This document shows, in pieces, positions 38,955-46,963 of a stretch of 64,000 bases of DNA; the first letter of the stretch is position 1; the number at the start of each line of letters is the position of its first letter. Origin of the DNA: Candidatus Limiplasma sp. GTDB taxonomy: Bacteria; Bacillota; Clostridia; Christensenellales; Aristaeellaceae. A program made the position numbers and the translations under genes. Where the stretch lies: contig CAXXIB010000002.1 in assembly GCA_963675925.2 (NCBI GenBank), forward strand, positions 77,558-141,557. Direction: 5' to 3'. The notes beneath the pieces are model-generated. The model had not been told where the DNA came from. It did not search any database and saw nothing but the letters and a program-made list of their open reading frames with translations.

Positions 38955-39061
38955 CGTCAGCACCTCCTATATGTACAGTATACCCAAACTGTCAAATGCT
39001 AAACGGCAGGAAAATCACCCGACTTGCGAGAAACCTTTGTAGAACGCAAAGGAGAACGCGC

Positions 39062-39601
39062 ATGAAAGAGCTTTGGACCCTGCTGAGTACATTTTTTTTG
39101 ATCGGGAGCATCACCTTTGGCGGTGGCTATGCGGTGCTTCCCATCCTCATCCGTGAAATTGTGCAAAAACGGCAATGGATTACCGAGGATGTGCTGCTGG
39201 ATTATTTCGCCGTCAGCCAAACGACACCCGGTGTAATCTGTGTGAATATTTCCACCTTCCTTGGCTATCGCAGAAAAGGCATCCTCGGCGCGATTGCTGC
39301 GACCGTTGGCGTAGTGCTTCCGTCGCTGATCATTATCACGGTGATCGCTGCTGTGCTGTCCAACTTCTCAGACATTGTGTGGGTGCAGCATGCCTTTGCG
39401 GGTATTCGCATTGCCGTCAGTGCGATGATCGCCTCCACCGTGTGGAATCTGGCAAAGAAAAACGTTCGTTCGTGGCTGAAAGCAGCCATCGCTATCACTG
39501 CTTTTGTTACGGTTGCCATCATTCATATCTCACCGATTTATGTATCGCTTGCCTTTGCGGTATTCGGTGCTTTCTTTTTTGGAAGGAGGCGTGAAGCATG
39601 A
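39062..39601 (+). CDS. chrA: Chromate transporter family protein (half-size, N-terminal paralogue)
   Basis: The sequence is FFLIGSITFGGGYAVLPILIREIV..R.W...E.LLDYFAVSQTTPG. Confidence 0.85.
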   Translation: MKELWTLLSTFFLIGSITFGGGYAVLPILIREIVQKRQWITEDVLLDYFAVSQTTPGVICVNISTFLGYRRKGILGAIAATVGVVLPSLIIITVIAAVLSNFSDIVWVQHAFAGIRIAVSAMIASTVWNLAKKNVRSWLKAAIAITAFVTVAIIHISPIYVSLAFAVFGAFFFGRRREA

Positions 39602-40155
39602 TTTTTCTACAATTAGCGTTTGAGTTTTTCAAGGCGGGTCTGTTCGCCGTCGGCGGCGGGCTGGCCACCCTACCGTTTTTAATCCAGATGTCGCAAAACT
39701 ATCCCCATTGGTTCTCCATCGATCAACTCATGCAGATGGTTGCGGTGTCGGAGTCAACCCCCGGCCCCATTGGCGTAAACATGGCCAGTTATGTTGGGTT
39801 TCATGTAGCAGGCATCCCGGGCGCGATTACGGCGACGGTTGCGTTGATACTTCCGGCATTTTTAACCATACTGATTGTTGTGCGCGTACTGGACCGCTTT
39901 GAAAAAAGCCGCCGCATTCAAGGCGGTATGGAAGCCATGCGGCCCGCCGTTACCGGCCTCATCGCTGCGGCGGGGTATGCGGTGCTCCAGTCGGTGCTTT
40001 TCACGGCGGACGGCGGGTTTTCTTCGCTTCGCTGGCTGCCGCTTGGGCTATTTATCGGGCTGTTCCTGCTGCAAAGAATCAAGCGGCTCAGCAGCATTCA
40101 TCCCATTGCCTATATCGCTGTTGGCGCGGTGCTTGGCATCCTGTTCAAGGTATAG
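39598..40155 (+). CDS. chrA: Chromate transporter family protein (half-size, second paralogue)
   Basis: The sequence is FFKAGLFAVGGGLATLPFL......W.S..QLMQMVAVSESTPGP, and the start overlaps the previous stop. Confidence 0.85.
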   Translation: MIFLQLAFEFFKAGLFAVGGGLATLPFLIQMSQNYPHWFSIDQLMQMVAVSESTPGPIGVNMASYVGFHVAGIPGAITATVALILPAFLTILIVVRVLDRFEKSRRIQGGMEAMRPAVTGLIAAAGYAVLQSVLFTADGGFSSLRWLPLGLFIGLFLLQRIKRLSSIHPIAYIAVGAVLGILFKV

Positions 40156-40183
40156 CACCGCCCTCTCATCACACCGAATATTT

Positions 40184-40212
40184 TTGACTGATTGTATGGT
40201 TTATGGTATACT
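40184..40212 (+). promoter_or_regulatory. Candidate promoter for the sugar transferase operon
   Basis: TTGACT is followed by 17 nt and then TATACT. Confidence 0.5.
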
Positions 40213-40303
40213 TTTTTATGTCTAAAAGCCGATTTTCATTGAGCTACACTATTGTCCCTGCATTCTTACATAAGTGCGGGGCATCGTTTTGCACGGAGGG
40301 CAA

Positions 40304-41713
40304 ATGAAGAAACGATCGTTTCTATCGCAGTTACTGACGGCGGTATCCCAGATGCTTCTGTACCTGTGCGTATTCCTCGCTTTCTTCCTGATGCAGTCGA
40401 TCAGTAACCCGCAAATTCTGGCCTACAACCGTACAACTGCCATCACCATGGCGACGTTTGCCATCGTGCTTTTGCTGCTTGGCAATGTGTACGGTGGATT
40501 TCAGATGGGCGCGCGCAAAACACGCTCGGTGTTTTTTGCAATCCTGATCTCTGTCATCCTGACGGATTTGGTCACCTACCTCCAGTTGCAAATCATGAAC
40601 GTGAACCCGGCCAAGAATCCCCGCCTGATTTTATTCGGCATGGATTTCCTGTGGTTTTGCCTGACGATGGTTCTGCAAACCGGAATCATCTACGCCATTG
40701 TCCGGCTGGGTGATCAGCTTTATTACAAACTGAACCCTCCGCAGCGATGCTGCATTATCGCCGCTACGCAGGAGCTTGCCGACCATATCGCCGAAAAGCT
40801 GAATACCTTTCCCAAGCGCTATCAGCTATGCGATGTGCTGCACTACCACTGCGATGACCTGCATGAAACCATACAGGAACATGACGTGGTATTCCTCGCC
40901 GGCATCCCCGATACCGAGGAAGCGGCCATCGAGGCATTTTGCTACAAGCACGGCAAAGCCATGTATCTGGCAGCTGAACTAGAGGATGTGATTATATCCT
41001 CTTCCACCCAGGTCGTGATTGACGACACATTGTTTTTGCACACCTTCCGTGTGGAGCTCACCCCCATGCAGCGCATCGTTAAGCGGCTGATGGATGTTGT
41101 GTTTTCCGGCATCGGCATTGTGGTGCTAAGCCCGGTCATGCTGGTTACCGCCATGCTGATCAAGTTTTACGACAAGGGCCCCGTGTTTTTCAAGCAAAAA
41201 CGCGCCACCCTAAACGGTAGAATCTTCACCATTATCAAGTTTCGAACCATGTTTGATCACGACCAGTCTACCCCGCATGTATCAACCACCAAAAACGACA
41301 ATCGCATCACCAAGGTGGGTCATGTGCTGCGCAGACTGCGCATTGATGAGCTTCCCCAGCTGTTCAACGTCTTTATAGGCGATATGAGCATAGTCGGTCC
41401 GCGTCCGGAGATGCTGGAAAACGTAGACCGCTACACCCGCGATGTGCCGGAATTCGTATACCGCCAGAAAATGAAGGCAGGTATGACGGGACTGGCCCAA
41501 ATCGACGGCAAGTACAACACTTCCCCTAAGGACAAGATCATCCTCGACCTGATGTACATTCACCGCTTCTCACTGATGTCTGATATCCGGCTGATGTTTC
41601 GCACCGTAACTGTACTGTTTCGGCCCGATAGCGCAGAAGGCTTTCATCATCACAAGGAAGTCGTGAAACTCCCCATCCGCATCCGTTCCAAAACAACACT
41701 GACCGAACAATGA
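40304..41713 (+). CDS. Polyprenyl-phosphate glycosyl-1-phosphate transferase (WbaP/EpsL-type bacterial sugar transferase)
   Basis: N-terminal TM helices are followed by the C-terminal catalytic block KRLMDVVFSGIGIVVLSPVML...KFRTM...DELPQLFNV..GDMS.VGPRP. Confidence 0.88.
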   Translation: MKKRSFLSQLLTAVSQMLLYLCVFLAFFLMQSISNPQILAYNRTTAITMATFAIVLLLLGNVYGGFQMGARKTRSVFFAILISVILTDLVTYLQLQIMNVNPAKNPRLILFGMDFLWFCLTMVLQTGIIYAIVRLGDQLYYKLNPPQRCCIIAATQELADHIAEKLNTFPKRYQLCDVLHYHCDDLHETIQEHDVVFLAGIPDTEEAAIEAFCYKHGKAMYLAAELEDVIISSSTQVVIDDTLFLHTFRVELTPMQRIVKRLMDVVFSGIGIVVLSPVMLVTAMLIKFYDKGPVFFKQKRATLNGRIFTIIKFRTMFDHDQSTPHVSTTKNDNRITKVGHVLRRLRIDELPQLFNVFIGDMSIVGPRPEMLENVDRYTRDVPEFVYRQKMKAGMTGLAQIDGKYNTSPKDKIILDLMYIHRFSLMSDIRLMFRTVTVLFRPDSAEGFHHHKEVVKLPIRIRSKTTLTEQ

Positions 41714-41728
41714 AATGGAGATCCTCGC

Positions 41729-42634
41729 ATGGATAAAACATTATTAATCATGGCCGCCGGCATGGGCTCTCGCTACGGCGGAGACAAGCAAGTTGAAGGT
41801 ATGGGCCCGCACAACGAAATACTGCTGGAGTACTCGATATACGATGCGCTGAAAGCCGGCTTTAACAAGGTCGTGTTCATTATCAAAGCAGATTTTGAGC
41901 AGCGCATCCGCGACCTGATCGGCGATAGACTCAGCCGCAAAGTAACGGTGGAGTACGCCGTACAGGATTTCTCCAGCCTGCCGGACTGGTACCAACTGCC
42001 CAAGGAACGCACCAAGCCCTTTGGCACCGTGCACGCCGTGCTTTGCGCCAAAGATATCATTCACGAACCGTTCGCTGTCATCAATGCTGACGATTATTAT
42101 GGCCGCGAGCCCTACGGAAGTATCTTCACCCATCTGCAAACCCTGTCGCCGCAGCAGGAAGCTTGCATGGTTTGCTATCGGCTGAAAAACACCGTCAGCG
42201 ATAACGGTACGGTTACGCGCGGTGTTTGCGAAACCGATGATCAGGGCAAGCTTGCCCGCATTACTGAAACTTACAAAATACAGTGCTTCCCGGATGGTTC
42301 CATCCGCGATACGCAGACCGACCCTGGTGGCGTTGTGCTCGATCCCGATAGCCTGGTCAGCATGAACCTGTTTGGCTTCACCCCCTGGTTTTTGGATATC
42401 GCAGAGGAGCGCTTCCACGCCTTCCTGCGCGGCCTGAAACCGGGCGAACTGCGCGCCGAATACGTGCTGCCTACATTGGCCGACGAAATGATGCACAAGG
42501 ATGGCTTGACCATTGATGTGCTGACAACGCAGGCCTCCTGGTTTGGCGTAACCTACAAGGAAGACAAACCTGTTGTGCAGCAGAAGCTTAAAGAGCTGCA
42601 CCAAAAGGGTTTCTATCCGGATACACTGTTTTAA
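41729..42634 (+). CDS. Sugar-phosphate nucleotidyltransferase (NTP_transferase fold)
   Basis: The sequence is LLIMAAGMGSRYGG.KQ...FGTVHAVLCAKD...FAVINADDYYG. Confidence 0.75.
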   Translation: MDKTLLIMAAGMGSRYGGDKQVEGMGPHNEILLEYSIYDALKAGFNKVVFIIKADFEQRIRDLIGDRLSRKVTVEYAVQDFSSLPDWYQLPKERTKPFGTVHAVLCAKDIIHEPFAVINADDYYGREPYGSIFTHLQTLSPQQEACMVCYRLKNTVSDNGTVTRGVCETDDQGKLARITETYKIQCFPDGSIRDTQTDPGGVVLDPDSLVSMNLFGFTPWFLDIAEERFHAFLRGLKPGELRAEYVLPTLADEMMHKDGLTIDVLTTQASWFGVTYKEDKPVVQQKLKELHQKGFYPDTLF

Positions 42635-42665
42635 ACAAGATTCCTCCACAGCAAAGCCCTTTTAT

Positions 42666-42689
42666 ACGCGCCAACTGGCGCGTTTTTTT
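42666..42689 (+). terminator. Rho-independent terminator
   Basis: The hairpin is ACGCGCC-aact-GGCGCGTTTTTTT. Confidence 0.85.
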
Positions 42690-42699
42690 GTATGCAGTA

Positions 42700-42728
42700 T
42701 TGACAGATTCCCAAAATCGTTCTATTAT
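42700..42728 (+). promoter_or_regulatory. Candidate promoter of the TetR-ABC operon
   Basis: TTGACA is followed by 17 nt and then TATTAT. Confidence 0.6.
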
Positions 42729-42752
42729 GACTATATCGTCTATTTTAGTCAT
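42727..42752. promoter_or_regulatory. Inverted repeat ATGACTA-N12-TAGTCAT overlapping the -10; candidate TetR operator
   Basis: Seven-bp perfect arms start inside the -10 hexamer, immediately upstream of the TetR gene. Confidence 0.45.
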
Positions 42753-42772
42753 ACGCTATTTATGGAGGTGGC

Positions 42773-43375
42773 ATGATGCCAAGATCCTTCTCGGAAACGG
42801 AGAAAGCCTATATCAAAGAACGGCTATTACAGGAAGCCGAAGTATGTCTCTCCCTCTACGGCGTTCGTAAAACGACCGTGGATGATCTCGTGCGCCGCGC
42901 CAAAATCCCCAAGGGTACGTTTTACCTGTTCTACACGTCCAAAGAAGCGCTGATCTTTGAAGTGATCCTGAAATACAATACAGCCATACAGCAGCAACTG
43001 GTTAAACAGGTCGCTGACATGCCGCAAACCCCCGGCCCGGAAGAATTGACGGAGCTCATCATCGGGCTTTACCAATCGCTGGATGGCTCCTTCCTTCTCA
43101 AACTTATGGAAAACGGGGAGCTCGAACTGCTGATGCGCAACGCACCGCCGGAGTTCTTGCAGGCCAACATCCTGGACGACGAACGCATGACCGCCCAGCT
43201 GATGGCACTGCTTCCCAAGGCCGATGCAAAGAAAAGCGCTGTGTTTTCCGCCGCGATACGGGGCACGTTCCTGTTTTTATTCCACAAGGATGAAATATCG
43301 CGCGACCATTTCGACGAGGTTCTTCGCATTGTCGTTCACGGCGTAGTACTGCAAATGTTTGGAGGGCAGGCATGA
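42773..43375 (+). CDS. TetR/AcrR-family transcriptional regulator
   Basis: The N-terminal HTH is YGVRKTTVDDLVRRAKIPKGTFYLFYTSKEAL. Confidence 0.88.
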   Translation: MMPRSFSETEKAYIKERLLQEAEVCLSLYGVRKTTVDDLVRRAKIPKGTFYLFYTSKEALIFEVILKYNTAIQQQLVKQVADMPQTPGPEELTELIIGLYQSLDGSFLLKLMENGELELLMRNAPPEFLQANILDDERMTAQLMALLPKADAKKSAVFSAAIRGTFLFLFHKDEISRDHFDEVLRIVVHGVVLQMFGGQA

Positions 43376-44220
43376 TCAACGTTGAAAACCTGCGGTTTAG
43401 CTATTCAAGCAAACCCTTTATACAGTCCATGAGTTTTTCCGTGCAGGATGGCGAGATCTTCGGGTTTCTCGGGCCCTCCGGCGCGGGTAAAAGCACACTG
43501 CAAAAGCTGTTAATCGGTTTACTGCCCCGCTATGGCGGCACTGTGACGGTCAACGGCACAGAGGCCAGGCATGCGACCCGTGACTTTTACCAGACCATCG
43601 GGGTGGATTTCGAGTTCCCAAGCCTCTATGAAAAGCTGACAGGGCGGGAGAACCTTCTGTTTTTCTCCTCACTGTACGAAACCCACCGGGATATCGACGA
43701 ACTGTTACGGACGATCGGGCTGGACCGCGACGCGGACAAGAAGGTAGCGGAGTATTCCAAGGGGATGAAGTCGCGGCTGAACTTCATCAAAGCGCTTGTA
43801 CACAAACCGAATCTGCTGTTCCTGGATGAACCGACCAGCGGCCTCGACCCCTCCAACGCCCGCGTGATGAAGGATATGATCCTTGCAGAAAAAGCGGCGG
43901 GCCGAACCGTGATCCTGACCACGCATAACATGTACGATGCGGCGGAGCTCTGCGACCGCGTATCGTTCGTCGTAGACGGCGCAATCGCCGCACTGGATAC
44001 GCCCAAAGCCCTGATGACGCGCCATCGCGCTGTGATGATGACCTACGCCTATCCCGCGCCGGACGGCGCGCTTCTGGAGCGCAGCGTAGCGCTGGAAAAG
44101 ACCGGCGACGATCAACTCTTCCTGCAATTAGCGCAGGAGGGCAAGCTTGCCAGCGTCCACTCCGCCGAACCGACCCTCAACGATATGTTCGTCGAGATCA
44201 CCGGGAGGGGGCTGCAATGA
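43372..44220 (+). CDS. ABC transporter ATP-binding protein (ABC-2 exporter type)
   Basis: Walker A is GPSGAGKST, the signature is YSKGMKSRL and Walker B is LLFLDEPTSGLD. Confidence 0.92.
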   Translation: MINVENLRFSYSSKPFIQSMSFSVQDGEIFGFLGPSGAGKSTLQKLLIGLLPRYGGTVTVNGTEARHATRDFYQTIGVDFEFPSLYEKLTGRENLLFFSSLYETHRDIDELLRTIGLDRDADKKVAEYSKGMKSRLNFIKALVHKPNLLFLDEPTSGLDPSNARVMKDMILAEKAAGRTVILTTHNMYDAAELCDRVSFVVDGAIAALDTPKALMTRHRAVMMTYAYPAPDGALLERSVALEKTGDDQLFLQLAQEGKLASVHSAEPTLNDMFVEITGRGLQ

Positions 44221-44900
44221 GGGCGAAAACGCTGATCCTTGCCGATATCCGCTTTCAAATCCGTTACGGATTTTATACGATCTACAGCCTGTTCACGCTT
44301 GTATACCTGGGCCTGCTCTATGCCCTGCCGGACACCTGGCGCAGCGATGCGGCCGCCGTGATGATCTTCACCGATCCCGCCGCGATGGGGCTGTTCTTTA
44401 TGGGCGCGATCGTGCTGTTTGAAAAAAACGAGCGGGTGCTGGACTCCATCGCCGTCTCCCCAGTGAGTGCATGGGACTATGTGCTGTCCAAGCTTGTATC
44501 CATCGGGCTGATCTCCACGCTCGTCGCGGCAGTGATCGGCCTGGGCGCGGGGGTGATCCGCTCTCCCCTGCTGTTCCTCGTGTCGGTGTTTCTGTGCTCC
44601 TGCCTGTTTTCCTCGCTGGGGCTAATTGCCGCGTGCAAGATCAAAACCCTAAACCAGTTTTTCCTCGCCGCTGTACCGCTGGAGATACTGACCGTCGTTC
44701 CGGCCATCCTCTGGATGTTCTTCGTACCATCGAATCTTTTCGTACTGCACCCAGGAGCGGCCATGCTGATGCTTTGCACGGGCCGCGGTGCCGTGCCGCT
44801 TGCGCTGCTCTCGCTGCTGCTGTGGACGGCGGTGTTCTACGTAATCGCCGTGAGGGTCGTCCGACGTATGCTGCTGTCTGTGGGAGGGATTACACTGTGA
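44217..44900 (+). CDS. ABC-2-type exporter permease, subunit 1
   Basis: The 227-aa protein has six hydrophobic helices and is translationally coupled to the ATPase gene. Confidence 0.7.
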   Translation: MRAKTLILADIRFQIRYGFYTIYSLFTLVYLGLLYALPDTWRSDAAAVMIFTDPAAMGLFFMGAIVLFEKNERVLDSIAVSPVSAWDYVLSKLVSIGLISTLVAAVIGLGAGVIRSPLLFLVSVFLCSCLFSSLGLIAACKIKTLNQFFLAAVPLEILTVVPAILWMFFVPSNLFVLHPGAAMLMLCTGRGAVPLALLSLLLWTAVFYVIAVRVVRRMLLSVGGITL

Positions 44901-45610
44901 AATCCAATCTTTTATCCATGCGGATGTTTTTCCGGCAGATTCGCGGCGACAGCATGCTCTTTTTTCTGTGTTTTCTGCCGCTGCTGGTCGCCGCATTGTT
45001 TCGCTTTGGTATCCCATTTCTGGAAACACAGCTTATGGGCGCGTTCCACACAGCGAGTGTGCTTTCGGGATATTACCTTCTGTTTGATTTGTTTCTGGCG
45101 GTGATCGCGCCCTATCTGTTAGTATTCATCTCTGCGATGGTCATGCTGTCGGAAATCGACGAGCACGTTGCCGCTTACCTGATTGTAACGCCTGTGCGCA
45201 GGGAGGGTTATATCGTCTCAAGGCTTGTCTACCCTGCGTTGCTTTCGGCGATCGTCTCCGCCGCGCTGCTCATGTGCTGCGCGCTGACGGAATGGACACT
45301 CTGGAATATTCTACTGCTGAGCCTGCTTTCGGTTCTGCTCTGCGTGCCTGTGGCGATGCTAGTGGTTGCCTACTCGCACAACCGCGTGGAAGGCATGGCG
45401 CTTTCGAAGATTTCCGGACTTCTTCTATTTGGGCTTCCGGTTCCGTTTTTTCTGACAAACGGGCTGCAATATTTGTTTGGCTGGCTTCCATCCTTTTGGA
45501 TCGCAAAACTGTTTCTTTCGCAAAATTACCTTGCCCTGCTCCCTGCCGTTTTGCTTTCGGTGGTGTGGATATGGTTGCAGTACAAGCGCTTTGTGCGCAA
45601 GCTGCTTTAA
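44897..45610 (+). CDS. ABC-2-type exporter permease, subunit 2
   Basis: A GTG start overlaps the preceding stop (GTGA). The protein has about six TM helices. The upstream part of the long ORF from 44471 is an out-of-frame overlap with the previous gene. Confidence 0.65.
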   Translation: MKSNLLSMRMFFRQIRGDSMLFFLCFLPLLVAALFRFGIPFLETQLMGAFHTASVLSGYYLLFDLFLAVIAPYLLVFISAMVMLSEIDEHVAAYLIVTPVRREGYIVSRLVYPALLSAIVSAALLMCCALTEWTLWNILLLSLLSVLLCVPVAMLVVAYSHNRVEGMALSKISGLLLFGLPVPFFLTNGLQYLFGWLPSFWIAKLFLSQNYLALLPAVLLSVVWIWLQYKRFVRKLL

Positions 45611-45710
45611 TCCTGCCTCCCGGCATGGTATACTATATCCAACCAATGGCAACCGCAGGCCCGACGAAAAACAATATTCCATGACGACTGACGCATAAGG
45701 AGGGTCTTTT

Positions 45711-45851
45711 ATGTTGAAAACCGGCGATACCCCCGGCAAGGGAACCTACAAGTGCCTGAAATGCGGTAAGATCATCACCCTGGATAGTGATACCGATGCG
45801 CTTCCCGTATGCCCCAAGTGCGGCAACCAAACCTGGAAAAAGGTAGAGTAG
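45711..45851 (+). CDS. 46-aa zinc-ribbon protein (CxxC-N16-CxxC)
   Basis: It is not in the ORF track because it is shorter than 60 aa. An ATG lies 6 nt after AAGGAGGG. The sequence is MLKTGDTPGKGTYKCLKCGKIITLDSDTDALPVCPKCGNQTWKKVE*, and a strong terminator follows. Confidence 0.6.
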   Translation: MLKTGDTPGKGTYKCLKCGKIITLDSDTDALPVCPKCGNQTWKKVE

Positions 45852-45871
45852 TAAGACCCGATTACAATCAA

Positions 45872-45900
45872 AACGCCCCGTTGCTTGCAACGGGGCGTTT
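45872..45900. terminator. Bidirectional rho-independent terminator
   Basis: A 12-bp stem, AACGCCCCGTTG-cttg-CAACGGGGCGTT, is flanked by A- and T-runs between convergent genes. Confidence 0.85.
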
Positions 45901-45933
45901 GATACTCGCTGGAACAGCATCAGACTTTACGCT

Positions 45934-46188
45934 CTAGTTCAAATCCATCAGCTTGGCGGTGATGCCATCCAGTATGTTTAAGTCTTTCACCAGCTGCTCA
46001 ACCTCTTGCAGCGTGCCGCAGGGCTGGAGCACGATCAGGCCGTAATTGGCGCAGGTGTCATCATCCACCTCGTGCAAGCCAAGGCGGGTTTTAATCAGGC
46101 AGCCATTCTTTGTCAGCGCTTGTTGCAGCACCCCGGCGTTGGCTACCCGGTTGTCCAGTTTAATCCCGACAATATAGTTACAGTTCAT
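45934..46188 (-). CDS. Small ACT/NikR-C-like protein resembling the TM1266 family (putative iron-only hydrogenase system regulator)
   Basis: The 84-aa protein has the pattern IVGIKLDNR....VLQQAL...G.LIKTRLGLH......GLIVLQ.....EVEQLVKDLN.L.GI.AK. This matches my recollection of the TM1266-like family and has not been verified. Confidence 0.45.
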   Translation of the reverse strand: MNCNYIVGIKLDNRVANAGVLQQALTKNGCLIKTRLGLHEVDDDTCANYGLIVLQPCGTLQEVEQLVKDLNILDGITAKLMDLN

Positions 46189-46381
46189 GCTGTATCCTCC
46201 TTACGTCTCTCTATGAAATCAGCTTTGGTACAATGCTTTATGTATTCAAGATGTCGTTTTGAATCCCTTTCGAAACCGCCGATTCCGCCCCGATTTGTTT
46301 TTCTTTCCTGTAAGCATTCCCAAAACGGCGGTCTGCGAGTATAATAGTTAGAAATAAGCTAACGAAGATGGAGATGTTACA

Positions 46382-46951
46382 ATGGATCTTCTCAAGGAGC
46401 GCATCGTCCGGGACGGCCGGGTGAAGGATGAACAAATCATCAAGGTGGACGGATTTTTGAACCACCAGATCGATATTCAGCTGATGGATGAGATCTCCCG
46501 GGAGTTTAAACGCCTGTTTCATGAGGAGAAAATCACCAAGGTCATCACCATTGAAGCCAGCGGCATCGCCATTGCCTGCTTCACCGCGCTACAATTTGGG
46601 GTTCCGGTGGTGTTTGCTAAAAAGTCCGAAAGCAAGAACATCGACGGCGCGGTCTACCGCACTGTGGTTACCAGCTTTACACGCGGCAGGGACTACACGG
46701 TGATCCTTGAAAAACGCTATCTCTCCTCCGATGACCGCATTTTGATCGTAGACGATATTCTGGCTACCGGCAAAGCGCAAAAAGGCCTGCTGGACATTGC
46801 CAGTCAGGCCGGAGCCGCCGTTGCGGGCATCGGAATTGTGATCGAAAAAGGTTTCCAGGGCGGCGGAGATGCCCTGCGCAAGAGCGGTTACAATGTACAA
46901 AGCCTTGCCATTATCGACAGTATGCAGGACGGTACAGTACACTTCCGCTAA
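46382..46951 (+). CDS. xpt: Xanthine phosphoribosyltransferase
   Basis: The sequence is LKERI..DG.V.....IKVDGFLNHQID..LMDEI..EF. The PRPP loop is ILIVDDILATGKA. Confidence 0.92.
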   Translation: MDLLKERIVRDGRVKDEQIIKVDGFLNHQIDIQLMDEISREFKRLFHEEKITKVITIEASGIAIACFTALQFGVPVVFAKKSESKNIDGAVYRTVVTSFTRGRDYTVILEKRYLSSDDRILIVDDILATGKAQKGLLDIASQAGAAVAGIGIVIEKGFQGGGDALRKSGYNVQSLAIIDSMQDGTVHFR

Positions 46952-46963
46952 ACAGCATACAAC

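Noticed and set aside
37435-39042. A 535-aa plus-strand ORF antisense to copA. Similar long antisense ORFs occur at 31398-32318, 24927-25922, 41744-42649, 49324-50409, 50824-52194, 55831-56952 and 20484-21311.
   Set aside because: All of them lie opposite genes with unambiguous conserved motifs. Their translations are low-complexity (Ser/Arg/Pro/Gly-rich) with no motifs. I treat them as non-coding shadow frames.
38955-39061. A possible CsoR or CopY operator in the copA upstream region (the stretch TATATGTACAGTATACCC).
   Set aside because: It does not match TACANNTGTA (CopY) and is not a GC-rich CsoR-type pseudo-palindrome. It has only weak partial symmetry.
46189-46381. A purine (guanine/xanthine) riboswitch expected upstream of xpt. 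The guaA leader at 57532-57660 was checked in the same way.
   Set aside because: I could not find the conserved J1-2, L2/L3 and J2-3 elements (for example UAUAAU...GGAUAUGG...GUUUCUACC...CCGUAAAU...GACUAU). Only a TATAAT box and a short hairpin spanning the SD and ATG are present. An Infernal scan (RF00167) would be decisive.
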